64,000 bases of DNA from Minisyncoccota bacterium (lineage in GTDB: Bacteria; Patescibacteriota; Minisyncoccia; UBA6257; JAAZHW01), in the NCBI GenBank assembly GCA_035402745.1, contig DAONDV010000001.1:19636-83635 (forward strand). Reading direction: 5' to 3'. Below the pieces are notes generated by a model that made no database searches, was not told the DNA's origin, and worked only from the letters and a program-made list of their open reading frames with translations. A program made the position numbers and the translations under genes. The first letter of the stretch is position 1. Every line of letters starts with the position of its first letter. Shown here piece after piece: positions 39,642 to 47,873 of this stretch.

Positions 39642-40535
39642 ATGACAGCATTACTCTCATTTATTCAAAATTTTATTATTAGCTTCAACTTGGCTAATGC
39701 CATTGATGTGTTGATTGTGGCTTGTTTGGTTTACATTGCTTTATTACTTGTAAAGCAAACCAATTCTTCTTTAGTCTTGGGCGGTTTTTTGACCATTATC
39801 TTTTTATATTCTGCGGCAAACTTTTTTGGTTTTAATTTAACCAGCAAAATATTGAGTTTTATTGTTACTTTTTTGGTCATTATTTTTATAGTGGTTTTTC
39901 GACAAGAATTGAGAAGATTTTTTGAAATGTTTGCCGTTTTCGGTAAAAATGTTTTTTCATTCAAACGTAAGAAGCCATTGCTTCCCAGTTTTATTAATGT
40001 TTTAATCCAATCCATTGATTATTTGGTTAATAAAAAGATAGGCGCATTAATTGTTATTCCCGGTAATCAGTCGGTTGATGCTTATCTCTCTGGCGGACAT
40101 TTTTTGGGTGGAGCAATTTCTATGCCCATATTATTGAGTATTTTTGATCCGAGTTCTCCCGGACACGATGGGGCAGTGATTATCGAAAATAATATGATAA
40201 AAAAATTTGCCGTTCACTTGCCATTGGCCGAGGGAATAAAAAAGTTGGGTGATTTGGGTACTCGTCATCGCGCTGGTTTAGGTATTTCTGAAAAGACTGA
40301 CGCTCTGGTCATTATTATTTCCGAAGAAAGAGGCGAAGCTTCTGTGGCTTATGAAGGAAAATTGAAAAAGATTCCAAATTCTTCTTATTTGCAAAATGTT
40401 ATTGATGCTTTTCTTAGGGAAAAATTTCCCGAAAAGAAGGGGGTGTGGCACGGCTTTATTACTAATAATTTTGGATTGAAGGCCCTTTCTTTCGTCTTAT
40501 CTTTAATTTTGTGGTCTGTTTTTGTGGCTAAATAA
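39642..40535 (+). CDS. cdaA: Diadenylate cyclase (CdaA/DacA type)
   Basis: Three N-terminal TMs; HDGA and GTRHRAG motifs; SEE.G. Confidence 0.92.
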   Translation: MTALLSFIQNFIISFNLANAIDVLIVACLVYIALLLVKQTNSSLVLGGFLTIIFLYSAANFFGFNLTSKILSFIVTFLVIIFIVVFRQELRRFFEMFAVFGKNVFSFKRKKPLLPSFINVLIQSIDYLVNKKIGALIVIPGNQSVDAYLSGGHFLGGAISMPILLSIFDPSSPGHDGAVIIENNMIKKFAVHLPLAEGIKKLGDLGTRHRAGLGISEKTDALVIIISEERGEASVAYEGKLKKIPNSSYLQNVIDAFLREKFPEKKGVWHGFITNNFGLKALSFVLSLILWSVFVAK

Positions 40536-40687
40536 TATTGTTTTTGTTTTTATTGATATTTTTTGTTATAATAAAAACAAGATAGTCTAATTAACAAACG
40601 AGATTTTTAACCATCTACTTTTTGGATTCGTTATTCATCAAAAAGTAGACTTGTATATTTTTATGGTTATTGATTTTGTTTAAAAAA

Positions 40688-41446
40688 ATGGCCAAACCTT
40701 ATTTATCAGTAATTATTCCCGCATATAATGAAGCAGAACGCATCACCAATACGCTTTTTGATGTGGATAAATTTTTATCACAAGCCGAATACTCTTATGA
40801 GATTATTGTTGTTAATGATGCTTCCAAAGATAATACTGCCGTGGTTGTAGACAAGCTTATGCCGGTAATAAAGAATCTTCATTTGATTGATAATGCGGAG
40901 AATAAGGGCAAAGGAGGAGTGGTAGCGCAAGGAATGTTGAGTGCCAAGGGCAATGTCCGTCTTTTTATGGATGCGGATAATTCTACTAAGATTGAAGATT
41001 TTGCAAAGTTGCAGCCATTTTTTAAAGAGGGTTATAAAGTTGTCATAGGTTCGCGCGCTATTAGTGGCGCCAGCGTAGAATTATATCAACCGCTTTTGAA
41101 ACGTATTCTAGGTAGAGCCGGTAATTTATTTATTAGAATAATGGCGGTGCCTAACGTGAAAGATACACAATGCGGATTTAAAGCTTTCACGGAAGATGCG
41201 GCTGAAAGAATTTTTTCTCGCTTAACTATTACTCGTTGGGGATTTGATGTGGAGGTTTTGGCTATTGCCAAACTTTTGGGTTACAAAATTAAAGAAGTAG
41301 GTATCACTTGGGTTAATGATACACGTTCACATGTTAAAGCTTCAGCTTATTTGAAGGTTCTTTTGGAAGTAATTAAGATTAGACTCAATCTTTGGAGAAA
41401 GATTTATCATCGCGCATCAGATGATTATGGATCACAATCAAATTAA
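40688..41446 (+). CDS. GT2 polyprenyl-phosphate glycosyltransferase (ALG5/DPM-like)
   Basis: LSVIIPAYNE, VNDASKD.T, N.GKG, FMDAD, DTQCGFK, FDVE. Confidence 0.92.
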   Translation: MAKPYLSVIIPAYNEAERITNTLFDVDKFLSQAEYSYEIIVVNDASKDNTAVVVDKLMPVIKNLHLIDNAENKGKGGVVAQGMLSAKGNVRLFMDADNSTKIEDFAKLQPFFKEGYKVVIGSRAISGASVELYQPLLKRILGRAGNLFIRIMAVPNVKDTQCGFKAFTEDAAERIFSRLTITRWGFDVEVLAIAKLLGYKIKEVGITWVNDTRSHVKASAYLKVLLEVIKIRLNLWRKIYHRASDDYGSQSN

Positions 41447-42449
41447 CTCATCAAAAAATATTTCTGAATTAAGACAAGATCCCGTTTCTGGTGATTGGAT
41501 TGTTATTGCTACGAGTAGAAATAAAAGACCGTCGGAAATGGCTTCCAAAAAATTGGATCGTTTGGTAACTCCTATCGATAAATGCCCCTTTGAGGATTTT
41601 GAGGCTTCTGGCAACGGTCCTGTTTTAATGGAGGGTAGTTTGCCCGAGTCAAAAGATTGGCTTGTGAGATTTATTGAGAATAAATTTCCTGCATTAAGTG
41701 GGGGTATTAAGTCTGTAAAGAAAACGGACGTCGGGCCTTATGAAAAAATAAACGGATATGGTCATCATGAAGTTGTTATTCTTAAAGATCATGCTAGACC
41801 ATTAAGTGATTATTCTGTTGAAGAATTGACTGTTTTGTTGCAATCATTGCAGAAAAGATATCGGGAATTAGCTCAAGATAAAAAAGTTAAACATATTTCT
41901 ATCTATCATAATTGGGGATTTTCAGCCGGAGCTTCTATTTATCATCCACATTTGCAAATGATTGCTTTGCCGGTGGTTTCTTCGTCCGCTCAAAGAGTCT
42001 TTGACGGGGTGAGGCGATATTGGAAGAAAAAACAAAAATGTCCTTATTGTGAGATAGTTAATTTTGAATTACAAGATAGAAAAAGAGTTATTTTTGAAAA
42101 TGAAAAATCAGTGCTCGTTACCCCTTATATTTCTCGCGAGCCGTTTGAATTAAGAATTTATCCTAAAAATCATTCTCCTTTTTTTGAGGATGCGGATTTT
42201 GAAGAAACAAAATCAGTGGCTGAAAATTTAAAAAGGGGATTAATGATTTTAAGGGATAAAGTATCGGATCCGGATTTGAATTTTTTTATTCATACGACCC
42301 CGGTTTGCGATAAAAAGAAATCTCGTGATTTTCATTGGCATATTGAAATTATTCCTAGAGTTTGTATTTCTGCCGGTTTTGAAATAGATACGGGTATAGA
42401 AATTACACCTATGGATCCCGATGAGGGCGCGGCTTTTTTAAAGTCGTAA
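41427..42449 (+). CDS. galT: Galactose-1-phosphate uridylyltransferase family
   Basis: ELRQDP..G.W..IA..R..RP, CPF, NKFPA, GAS..HPHLQ, FHWHIEI.PR. Confidence 0.9.
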   Translation: MDHNQINSSKNISELRQDPVSGDWIVIATSRNKRPSEMASKKLDRLVTPIDKCPFEDFEASGNGPVLMEGSLPESKDWLVRFIENKFPALSGGIKSVKKTDVGPYEKINGYGHHEVVILKDHARPLSDYSVEELTVLLQSLQKRYRELAQDKKVKHISIYHNWGFSAGASIYHPHLQMIALPVVSSSAQRVFDGVRRYWKKKQKCPYCEIVNFELQDRKRVIFENEKSVLVTPYISREPFELRIYPKNHSPFFEDADFEETKSVAENLKRGLMILRDKVSDPDLNFFIHTTPVCDKKKSRDFHWHIEIIPRVCISAGFEIDTGIEITPMDPDEGAAFLKS

Positions 42450-42473
42450 ATATTAACAAATCAAAAAATCGCT

Positions 42474-43217
42474 TTAAGCGGTTTTTTGATTAGCGTTTTG
42501 TTTATAATAATCAAATATTTGATCTAAATCTCCTTCCATGATTTTTTCTAGATTATGCCAATTCTTTTTATAGCGATGATCGGTAAGTCTGTCTTGTTGG
42601 AAATTATAGGTTTTTATTTTTTCTGAGCGATCTCCAGTCCCGATTTGTTGTCTGCGTTCGTCGGATAATTTTCCCTGACTGGCATTCCAATTGGCTTCAT
42701 ATAATCTGGCTTGCAATATTTCCATAGCTTTTTCGCGATTCTTGAATTGAGATCGTTCGTTCTGGCAAGCAACGATTACGCCGCTGGGTTTGTGTAAAAT
42801 TCTTACGGCCGTTTCTACTTTATTAACATTTTGTCCGCCAGCTCCGGATGATTTGCAAAAGGTGATTTCCAAATCTTGCGGGTTAATTTGTACGTTTACA
42901 TTTTTTGGTTTGGCTAAAATAGCCACAGAAGCGGTTGATGTATGAACTCTTCCTGATTTTTCGGTTTCGGGAACTCTTTGTACACGATGTACTCCGGCTT
43001 CATTTTTTAAGACATCAGCTCCTATTCCAGAAATTTCAAAACTTACTTCTTTAATGCCTCCAATGGAAGTATTATTGGAGTCCAACATGGTCATTTGCCA
43101 ATTTTTTCTAGTGGCGTATTTTTGATACATTCTAAATAGTTCAAAAGCAAAAAGAGCCGATTCTTCACCACCGGCTCCGGCTCTAATTTCAACAATAACA
43201 TTATTGACTTCGTCCAT
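42474..43217 (-). CDS. prfA: Peptide chain release factor 1 lacking N-terminal domain 1
   Basis: [25 protein letters not shown] (PxT), GGQNVN, R.EKI.TYNF; only 247 aa. Confidence 0.92.
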   Translation of the reverse strand: MDEVNNVIVEIRAGAGGEESALFAFELFRMYQKYATRKNWQMTMLDSNNTSIGGIKEVSFEISGIGADVLKNEAGVHRVQRVPETEKSGRVHTSTASVAILAKPKNVNVQINPQDLEITFCKSSGAGGQNVNKVETAVRILHKPSGVIVACQNERSQFKNREKAMEILQARLYEANWNASQGKLSDERRQQIGTGDRSEKIKTYNFQQDRLTDHRYKKNWHNLEKIMEGDLDQIFDYYKQNANQKTA

Positions 43218-43230
43218 AAAATGATAAAAA

Positions 43231-43464
43231 TTAAGCTTTCTTAGCTTTTTTAGTCAATTCTTGTTTTTTGGCAACGCGTTGTTTGAATTTTTCTACTCTT
43301 CCGGCGGTGTCAATCATTTTTTCTTTGCCGGTATAAAAAGGATGGCAGTGTGAGCAGATTTCTACCTGAATTTCTTCTTGGGTAGATCCTACTTCAAAAG
43401 AATTGCCACAAACGCATTTAACCTTCGCTTTTTCGTGATATTTTGGATGTATATCTTTTTTCAT
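43231..43464 (-). CDS. rpmE: 50S ribosomal protein L31 (Zn type)
   Basis: [28 protein letters not shown]. Confidence 0.98.
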   Translation of the reverse strand: MKKDIHPKYHEKAKVKCVCGNSFEVGSTQEEIQVEICSHCHPFYTGKEKMIDTAGRVEKFKQRVAKKQELTKKAKKA

Positions 43465-43473
43465 ATATTTTTC

Positions 43474-43502
43474 ATTTTAATACAAAGTTTTGAAAAAAGC
43501 AA
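43474..43502 (-). promoter_or_regulatory. rpmE promoter, near-leaderless
   Basis: TTGCTT-17-TAAAAT ending 9 nt before the ATG. Confidence 0.75.
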
Positions 43503-43534
43503 TATTGTAATATTGTTATGAGTAGTAGGGCCTT

Positions 43535-43629
43535 GCCTCGCACCCTTTGTGAATTTGGCTTATCTCGCTTTCTTGTGCGAGATAAGCCCGGTAAACGTCA
43601 TCCACAAAGGGTGTGGGGCTTGCTTTTTT
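43535..43629 (+). ncRNA. Candidate rod-like structured RNA upstream of rpsB
   Basis: 17-bp stem GCCTCGCACCCTTTGTG/CACAAAGGGTGTGGGGC (G.U pairs on +), 12-bp stem GGCTTATCTCGC/GCGAGATAAGCC, 3' bulge, then U tract. Confidence 0.6.
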
Positions 43630-43654
43630 CCTATTTTTTTATAGAATATTAAAT

Positions 43655-44401
43655 ATGTTAAATATAGACAATAATTCAAATACGAATGAGGTATCTCAAG
43701 AAAAAAACCAGATTTTACACGAAATGATTACGGCCCGTGTTTATTTTGGTCATCGCACTTCTAAGACCAATCCACGCATGAAACCGTATATTGCTGGAGC
43801 TAAAAATGGTTTAGAAATCATTGACTTGGAAAAGACCTATGATCAATTAGAAGAGGCTAAGAAGTTTATCGGCGATTTAAGTCAAAAAGGTAAGATGTTA
43901 ATGATTGTTGGAACGAATCCTATGGTAAGAGATTTGGTTCAAATTGCTGCGGAAAAAGCCGGATGTTGGTGCGCAATCAACCATTGGATTGGAGGACTTC
44001 TTACTAATTTTAAAACCGTTTATACTCGTTTAAAATATTTACGTGAATTGAGAGAAAAAGATTCTAAAGGTGAATTGCAAAAATATACTAAAAAAGAAAG
44101 AATTAAATTCCAAAAAGAAATCATTGATTTATCCGAAATGTTTAAGGGATTGGATAAATGCGATAGATTGCCCGATGCCTTGTTGGTTGTTAATACAAAA
44201 TTGCATGAAACAGCAGTAAAGGAAGCAAAGAAAATAAATATTCCAATAATTGGTATCCTTGATACCGATTCCGATCCAAGGATGATTGATTATCCTATTA
44301 TCGCCAGTGATCATACTCGTTCTAGTGTAGAATACATTTTGAATCAGTTAATCTCGGCGCTTAATGATAATAAACAAAAAATTGTCGTGGAAAAGAAATA
44401 A
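43655..44401 (+). CDS. rpsB: 30S ribosomal protein S2
   Basis: V.FGH.TSK.NPRM.PYI, IIDL.KT, W.GG.LTNF, DTDSDP..IDYPI; ATG 7 nt after TTGCTT-16-TAGAAT. Confidence 0.97.
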   Translation: MLNIDNNSNTNEVSQEKNQILHEMITARVYFGHRTSKTNPRMKPYIAGAKNGLEIIDLEKTYDQLEEAKKFIGDLSQKGKMLMIVGTNPMVRDLVQIAAEKAGCWCAINHWIGGLLTNFKTVYTRLKYLRELREKDSKGELQKYTKKERIKFQKEIIDLSEMFKGLDKCDRLPDALLVVNTKLHETAVKEAKKINIPIIGILDTDSDPRMIDYPIIASDHTRSSVEYILNQLISALNDNKQKIVVEKK

Positions 44402-44421
44402 ATTTAATATTTGTTAAAAAA

Positions 44422-45003
44422 ATGGACATTAATATAGTTAAACAATTAAGAGAAGAAACTGGCGCCTCAGTAATGGAATGCAATAACGCTTTAGACGAGT
44501 CTAAAGGAGATTTGGAAAAGGCTAAAGAGATTTTAAAGAGAAAGGGGCAGGCTACAGCTTTAAAAAAGAGTGGTAGAGAGACAAAAAGTGGCTTGATTGA
44601 GTCCTATATTCATGCTAGTGGTAAGGTAGGAGTTTTGTTGGATTTGCGTTGTGAAACTGATTTTGTAGCAAAAAATGATTTATTTAAAGAATTATCTCAC
44701 GAAATTTGTTTGCAAATTGCGGCTATGTCTCCGGAATTTGTAAGTGAAGACGATATTTCTGAAGAATTTAAAACTAAAGAGAGGGAGATTTCCAAAGAAG
44801 AAATGAAAGATTCCGGAAAACCGGAAAAAATTGTTGAACAAATCATTGAGGGAAAATTAAAGAAAAGATTCGCCGAACTTTGTTTGTTGAATCAAGCATA
44901 CATAAAAGATCCTAGCCAAACCATTGCAGATTTGATTAAGGGTTATATCTCTAAAACGGGTGAGAATATTAAAGTGTTAAGATTTTCACGTTTTGAAATT
45001 TAG
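44422..45003 (+). CDS. tsf: Elongation factor Ts (short form)
   Basis: VKQLREETGA.VMEC..AL, CETDFVA, GENI.V.RF.RFE. Confidence 0.98.
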   Translation: MDINIVKQLREETGASVMECNNALDESKGDLEKAKEILKRKGQATALKKSGRETKSGLIESYIHASGKVGVLLDLRCETDFVAKNDLFKELSHEICLQIAAMSPEFVSEDDISEEFKTKEREISKEEMKDSGKPEKIVEQIIEGKLKKRFAELCLLNQAYIKDPSQTIADLIKGYISKTGENIKVLRFSRFEI

Positions 45004-45045
45004 TGGTATAATAAATATGCGCCATTTTTTTGCGCGCAACAAGAT

Positions 45046-45687
45046 ATGTTTTCTTTAATTCCGCAAATTATATTATTGCTTTGTTTCGGCTTGATTATTT
45101 GGCTGATTATTAAGAATTTGCCAAAAATAAAAGATGAAGAAGGAAAAGCTGAGCATAATATTGAAGGTGAATCTTCTTTGAATAAGAAAAGAAAATTTAT
45201 TCATCGAATTCCTATTGAAAAAATTGATGCAAAGGTTAATGGTTTCTTGGAAAAGGCTCTCAGGCGTTCTAGAATAATTTTGATGAGGATAGATACTTAT
45301 CTTCAAAAGCATTTGGATACCCTCAAGAGTCATTCTAAACCAAAATCCATTTTTAAGGGTGACGATAGTTTGATAGTTAAAGAAGAAATAAATATTGATA
45401 ATATTCAGCAAGATGAATTTAAGGATTTAGAGGGGGATGTGGATTTGATCGCCGGAGTTGATAAGTCTATTGATGAATTATTGCCAAAACAAGAAAAAAC
45501 AGTTAATCTTGATGATAAGGTTGATGTTCTAATAGTTGGCAATGAGGATGTTGTTAAGAAATTTGATTTGGAACCGAATGTTATTGAGGTCGTTGTGCAA
45601 AAGAAAAAAGTGACACGACGTCCGCGCAAGGCGAAAGTAACGCCTCAGCCACAAAAAGCATCAGAAGAAAGAAACGAAGAGTTATAA
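45046..45687 (+). CDS. Hypothetical membrane-anchored protein
   Basis: N-terminal TM; EK.LRR.RI..MRID; acidic/basic low-complexity tail. Confidence 0.75.
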   Translation: MFSLIPQIILLLCFGLIIWLIIKNLPKIKDEEGKAEHNIEGESSLNKKRKFIHRIPIEKIDAKVNGFLEKALRRSRIILMRIDTYLQKHLDTLKSHSKPKSIFKGDDSLIVKEEINIDNIQQDEFKDLEGDVDLIAGVDKSIDELLPKQEKTVNLDDKVDVLIVGNEDVVKKFDLEPNVIEVVVQKKKVTRRPRKAKVTPQPQKASEERNEEL

Positions 45688-45736
45688 ATAATATTTGCTG
45701 AATGTGGGTATCATTATTGTTTGTCTCACCGCCTTT

Positions 45737-45808
45737 GCCATCTTAGCTCAGTGGTAGAGCAACTGTTTTGTAAACAGTAGGTCCCCGGTCCAAATCCGGG
45801 AGATGGCT
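45737..45808 (+). tRNA. tRNA-Thr(TGT)
   Basis: ACTGT-tt-TGT-aa-ACAGT; T loop TCCAAAT (C55). Confidence 0.95.
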
Positions 45809-45851
45809 CAGATGTAAAGGTGGTGAGGTAAACAAGCTCAGATGTTGTTAT

Positions 45852-45938
45852 GGGTAGGTGGCGGAGTAGTCAAACGCAACAGACTGTAAATCTGTCGGCC
45901 ACTGGCCTACGCAGGTGCAAATCCTGCCCTACCCACCA
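45852..45938 (+). tRNA. tRNA-Tyr(GTA)
   Basis: ACAGA-ct-GTA-aa-TCTGT; variable arm; encoded CCA; D loop GAGTAGTCAAA; T loop TGCAAAT. Confidence 0.95.
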
Positions 45939-45944
45939 AAATAT

Positions 45945-46017
45945 GCCAATGTAGCTCAGTTGGTAGAGCAACCCCATGGTAAGGGGTAGGTCACCAGTTC
46001 AAGTCTGGTCATTGGCT
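45945..46017 (+). tRNA. tRNA-Thr(GGT)
   Basis: ACCCC-at-GGT-aa-GGGGT; T loop TTCAAGT. Confidence 0.96.
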
Positions 46018-46074
46018 CAGGGTTAAAAGTAGTCGTTAATGTCAGTTTTGATTTTTAACTTTTAATTTAAAATT

Positions 46075-46233
46075 ATGTCTCAAGACAGATTAATTAAATT
46101 ACAATGCACTAAATGCAAAAATATCAATTACTATTCCACTAAAAATAAGAAAACAGTGGAAAAGAAAATTGAATTAAAAAAACATTGCGCTAAGTGCAAA
46201 GTCCATACTATTCATAAGGAAATGAAAAAGTAA
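46075..46233 (+). CDS. rpmG: 50S ribosomal protein L33 (not in ORF track, 52 aa)
   Basis: MSQDRLIKLQCTKCKNINYYSTKNKKTVEKKIELKKHCAKCKVHTIHKE. Confidence 0.97.
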   Translation: MSQDRLIKLQCTKCKNINYYSTKNKKTVEKKIELKKHCAKCKVHTIHKEMKK

Positions 46234-46263
46234 AAGAAACGGGGGATTGACCCGTTTCTATTG

Positions 46264-46335
46264 GGGTCCATAGTTTCAATGGTAAAATGTCGATCTCCAA
46301 AATCGAAGTTCTCCGTTCGAGTCGGAGTGGGCCCG
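46264..46335 (+). tRNA. tRNA-Trp(CCA)
   Basis: TCGAT-ct-CCA-aa-ATCGA; discriminator G; follows rpmG as is typical. Confidence 0.93.
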
Positions 46336-46401
46336 CATTTAGCTTTCCTTAGTGGAATTTTATTTTATAAAAATAATTTTGTCGCGTTTTATTTTAAAAC
46401 A

Positions 46402-47028
46402 ATGACAATAAAAAAAGATCTAATCTTTGCGGCAATAGTCGGTGAAATGATTGCTTGGTTGATCTGGCCAGTCTGGATGAATTTGGGCATCTTGCAGGAC
46501 TATTGGCAATGGCGTTGGGCGTTATTGGTTCTTTTACCGGTTATTTCTGTTTTGGGTGTGATAATTGCCAATTTAATTGGTAGAAAAATAGCTATATTTC
46601 AACAATTGGCTAAGTATGGTTTAGTTGGCATCTCTAACACCTTATTGGATTTTAGTGTTCTGAATGCGTTGAGTTATGTTTTTCATGTATATTCTGGTTT
46701 TTCTTTGATTTTGATTAATGTCTTTTCTTTTCTGGCAGCCAATATAAATAGTTATTTTTGGAATAAATATTGGACTTTTCAGAGTCAAAATAAAAAAGTG
46801 GCCGGAGAATTTTTGAAATTTCTCATCGTTAGCGCTATCGGCTTTATATTAAATAGTGTTATCTTGTGGTTCTTTACTACTGTTATGGAGCCGGCATTGG
46901 GACTTAGTCCGCAGATTTGGGAAAATATCGCTAAACTAATCGCTACCGGAGCTTATATTATTTGGAATTTTATTGGTTATAAATTGATTGTTTTTAAGGA
47001 TAATACCGGAAATAATATTTCAGCCTAG
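46402..47028 (+). CDS. GtrA family membrane protein (putative lipid-sugar flippase)
   Basis: Q..KYGLVG..NT..D, NSYFWNKYWTF, WNFIGYK..VF; start placed downstream of tRNA-Trp. Confidence 0.88.
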   Translation: MTIKKDLIFAAIVGEMIAWLIWPVWMNLGILQDYWQWRWALLVLLPVISVLGVIIANLIGRKIAIFQQLAKYGLVGISNTLLDFSVLNALSYVFHVYSGFSLILINVFSFLAANINSYFWNKYWTFQSQNKKVAGEFLKFLIVSAIGFILNSVILWFFTTVMEPALGLSPQIWENIAKLIATGAYIIWNFIGYKLIVFKDNTGNNISA

Positions 47029-47065
47029 TTTGCTTTTTTTCTTGATTTTTGGTAATATAAAAATA

Positions 47066-47428
47066 ATGTTTAAGCTTATTTCTAAGTTTATCATCCAAAT
47101 TTTGGTTAATGGCTTGGGCATCTGGATTATTTCAGAAGTTGTTCCAGGTGTTAGTTTTAGTGGAGATTGGTTGGTGCTGGCGGAAGTAGCTGCCGTGCTA
47201 GCGATATTGAATGTATTAGTGAAGCCTGTATTAAAATTTTTCTTCGGTCCTTTGATTATTTTAACTTTTGGTTTGGCGAGTTTGTTACTCAATGCCTTGA
47301 TTTTATGGGCAGTGACACAAATTTTCCCGACTAATTTAGTTATTCCTGTTGGTTGGTCGTTGATTTGGGCGACTTTGATTATTTCATTGATTAATTTTGC
47401 ATTTAATTTGGCAAAAAAGAGCGATTAA
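47066..47428 (+). CDS. YvlD-like 4-TM (phage holin family) membrane protein
   Basis: LN.LVKP.LK....P..ILTFGL..L..NA..L. Confidence 0.85.
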   Translation: MFKLISKFIIQILVNGLGIWIISEVVPGVSFSGDWLVLAEVAAVLAILNVLVKPVLKFFFGPLIILTFGLASLLLNALILWAVTQIFPTNLVIPVGWSLIWATLIISLINFAFNLAKKSD

Positions 47429-47574
47429 ACCCAGCATGAGAATTTCCAATTAGCTTTAGCTATATACTGGTTTTTCTAAAATGGGTAGCGATTATTAGGT
47501 CTAATTCAATTAATATAAAATAAAAGAATTTTCAAAGCTTACAAAAATAATATTTGGAAATTCCTCTACTGGGT
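47429..47574. ncRNA. Candidate rod-shaped ncRNA of about 145 nt (6S-like architecture)
   Basis: Ends pair over about 20 bp (ACCCAG.A.GAGAATTTCCAA / TTGGAAATT.CTCT.CTGGGT), then an asymmetric bubble and AGCTTT/AAAGCT. Confidence 0.45.
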
Positions 47575-47585
47575 AAATAAAAAAT

Positions 47586-47819
47586 ATGAATTTAAAGAGT
47601 ATTGTAGAAATTATTCAAATTATAGTATCCGTGCTTTTAATTGTGTCTGTTTTATTGCAACAGCGTGGTTCCGGATTAGGTGGTCTTTTTGGTGGTGGAG
47701 ATGGACAAGGGGAATTTTATCATAAACGCAGAGGGTTTGAGACTCTTATTTTTAGAAGTACTATTGTTTTGGCTGCGCTATTATTTTTATCCAGCATAGC
47801 CATATTTTTGTTGAGTTAA
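47586..47819 (+). CDS. secG: Preprotein translocase SecG
   Basis: VLLQQRGSGLGGLFGGG, RRG.E..IFR.TI.LA.L. Confidence 0.93.
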   Translation: MNLKSIVEIIQIIVSVLLIVSVLLQQRGSGLGGLFGGGDGQGEFYHKRRGFETLIFRSTIVLAALLFLSSIAIFLLS

Positions 47820-47873
47820 TTTCTTTAATTAATTATTTTTGATTGATTAAGGGGGTTTTAATTAATAATCCTT

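Noticed and set aside
43218-43230. Programmed frameshift or readthrough restoring a full-length release factor
   Set aside because: There is no room upstream (rpmE ends 13 nt away) and no prfB-type CTTTGA slippery site
46261-46401. N-terminal extension of the GtrA ORF in the supplied track
   Set aside because: It overlaps tRNA-Trp; ATG 46402 is the plausible start
47066-47428. Prophage inferred from the holin-family gene
   Set aside because: YvlD-like proteins are common chromosomal genes; no phage structural, lysin or integrase genes are nearby
47420-47580. Integron attC site
   Set aside because: No matching RYYYAAC/GTTRRRY core pair and no integrase or cassette array nearby
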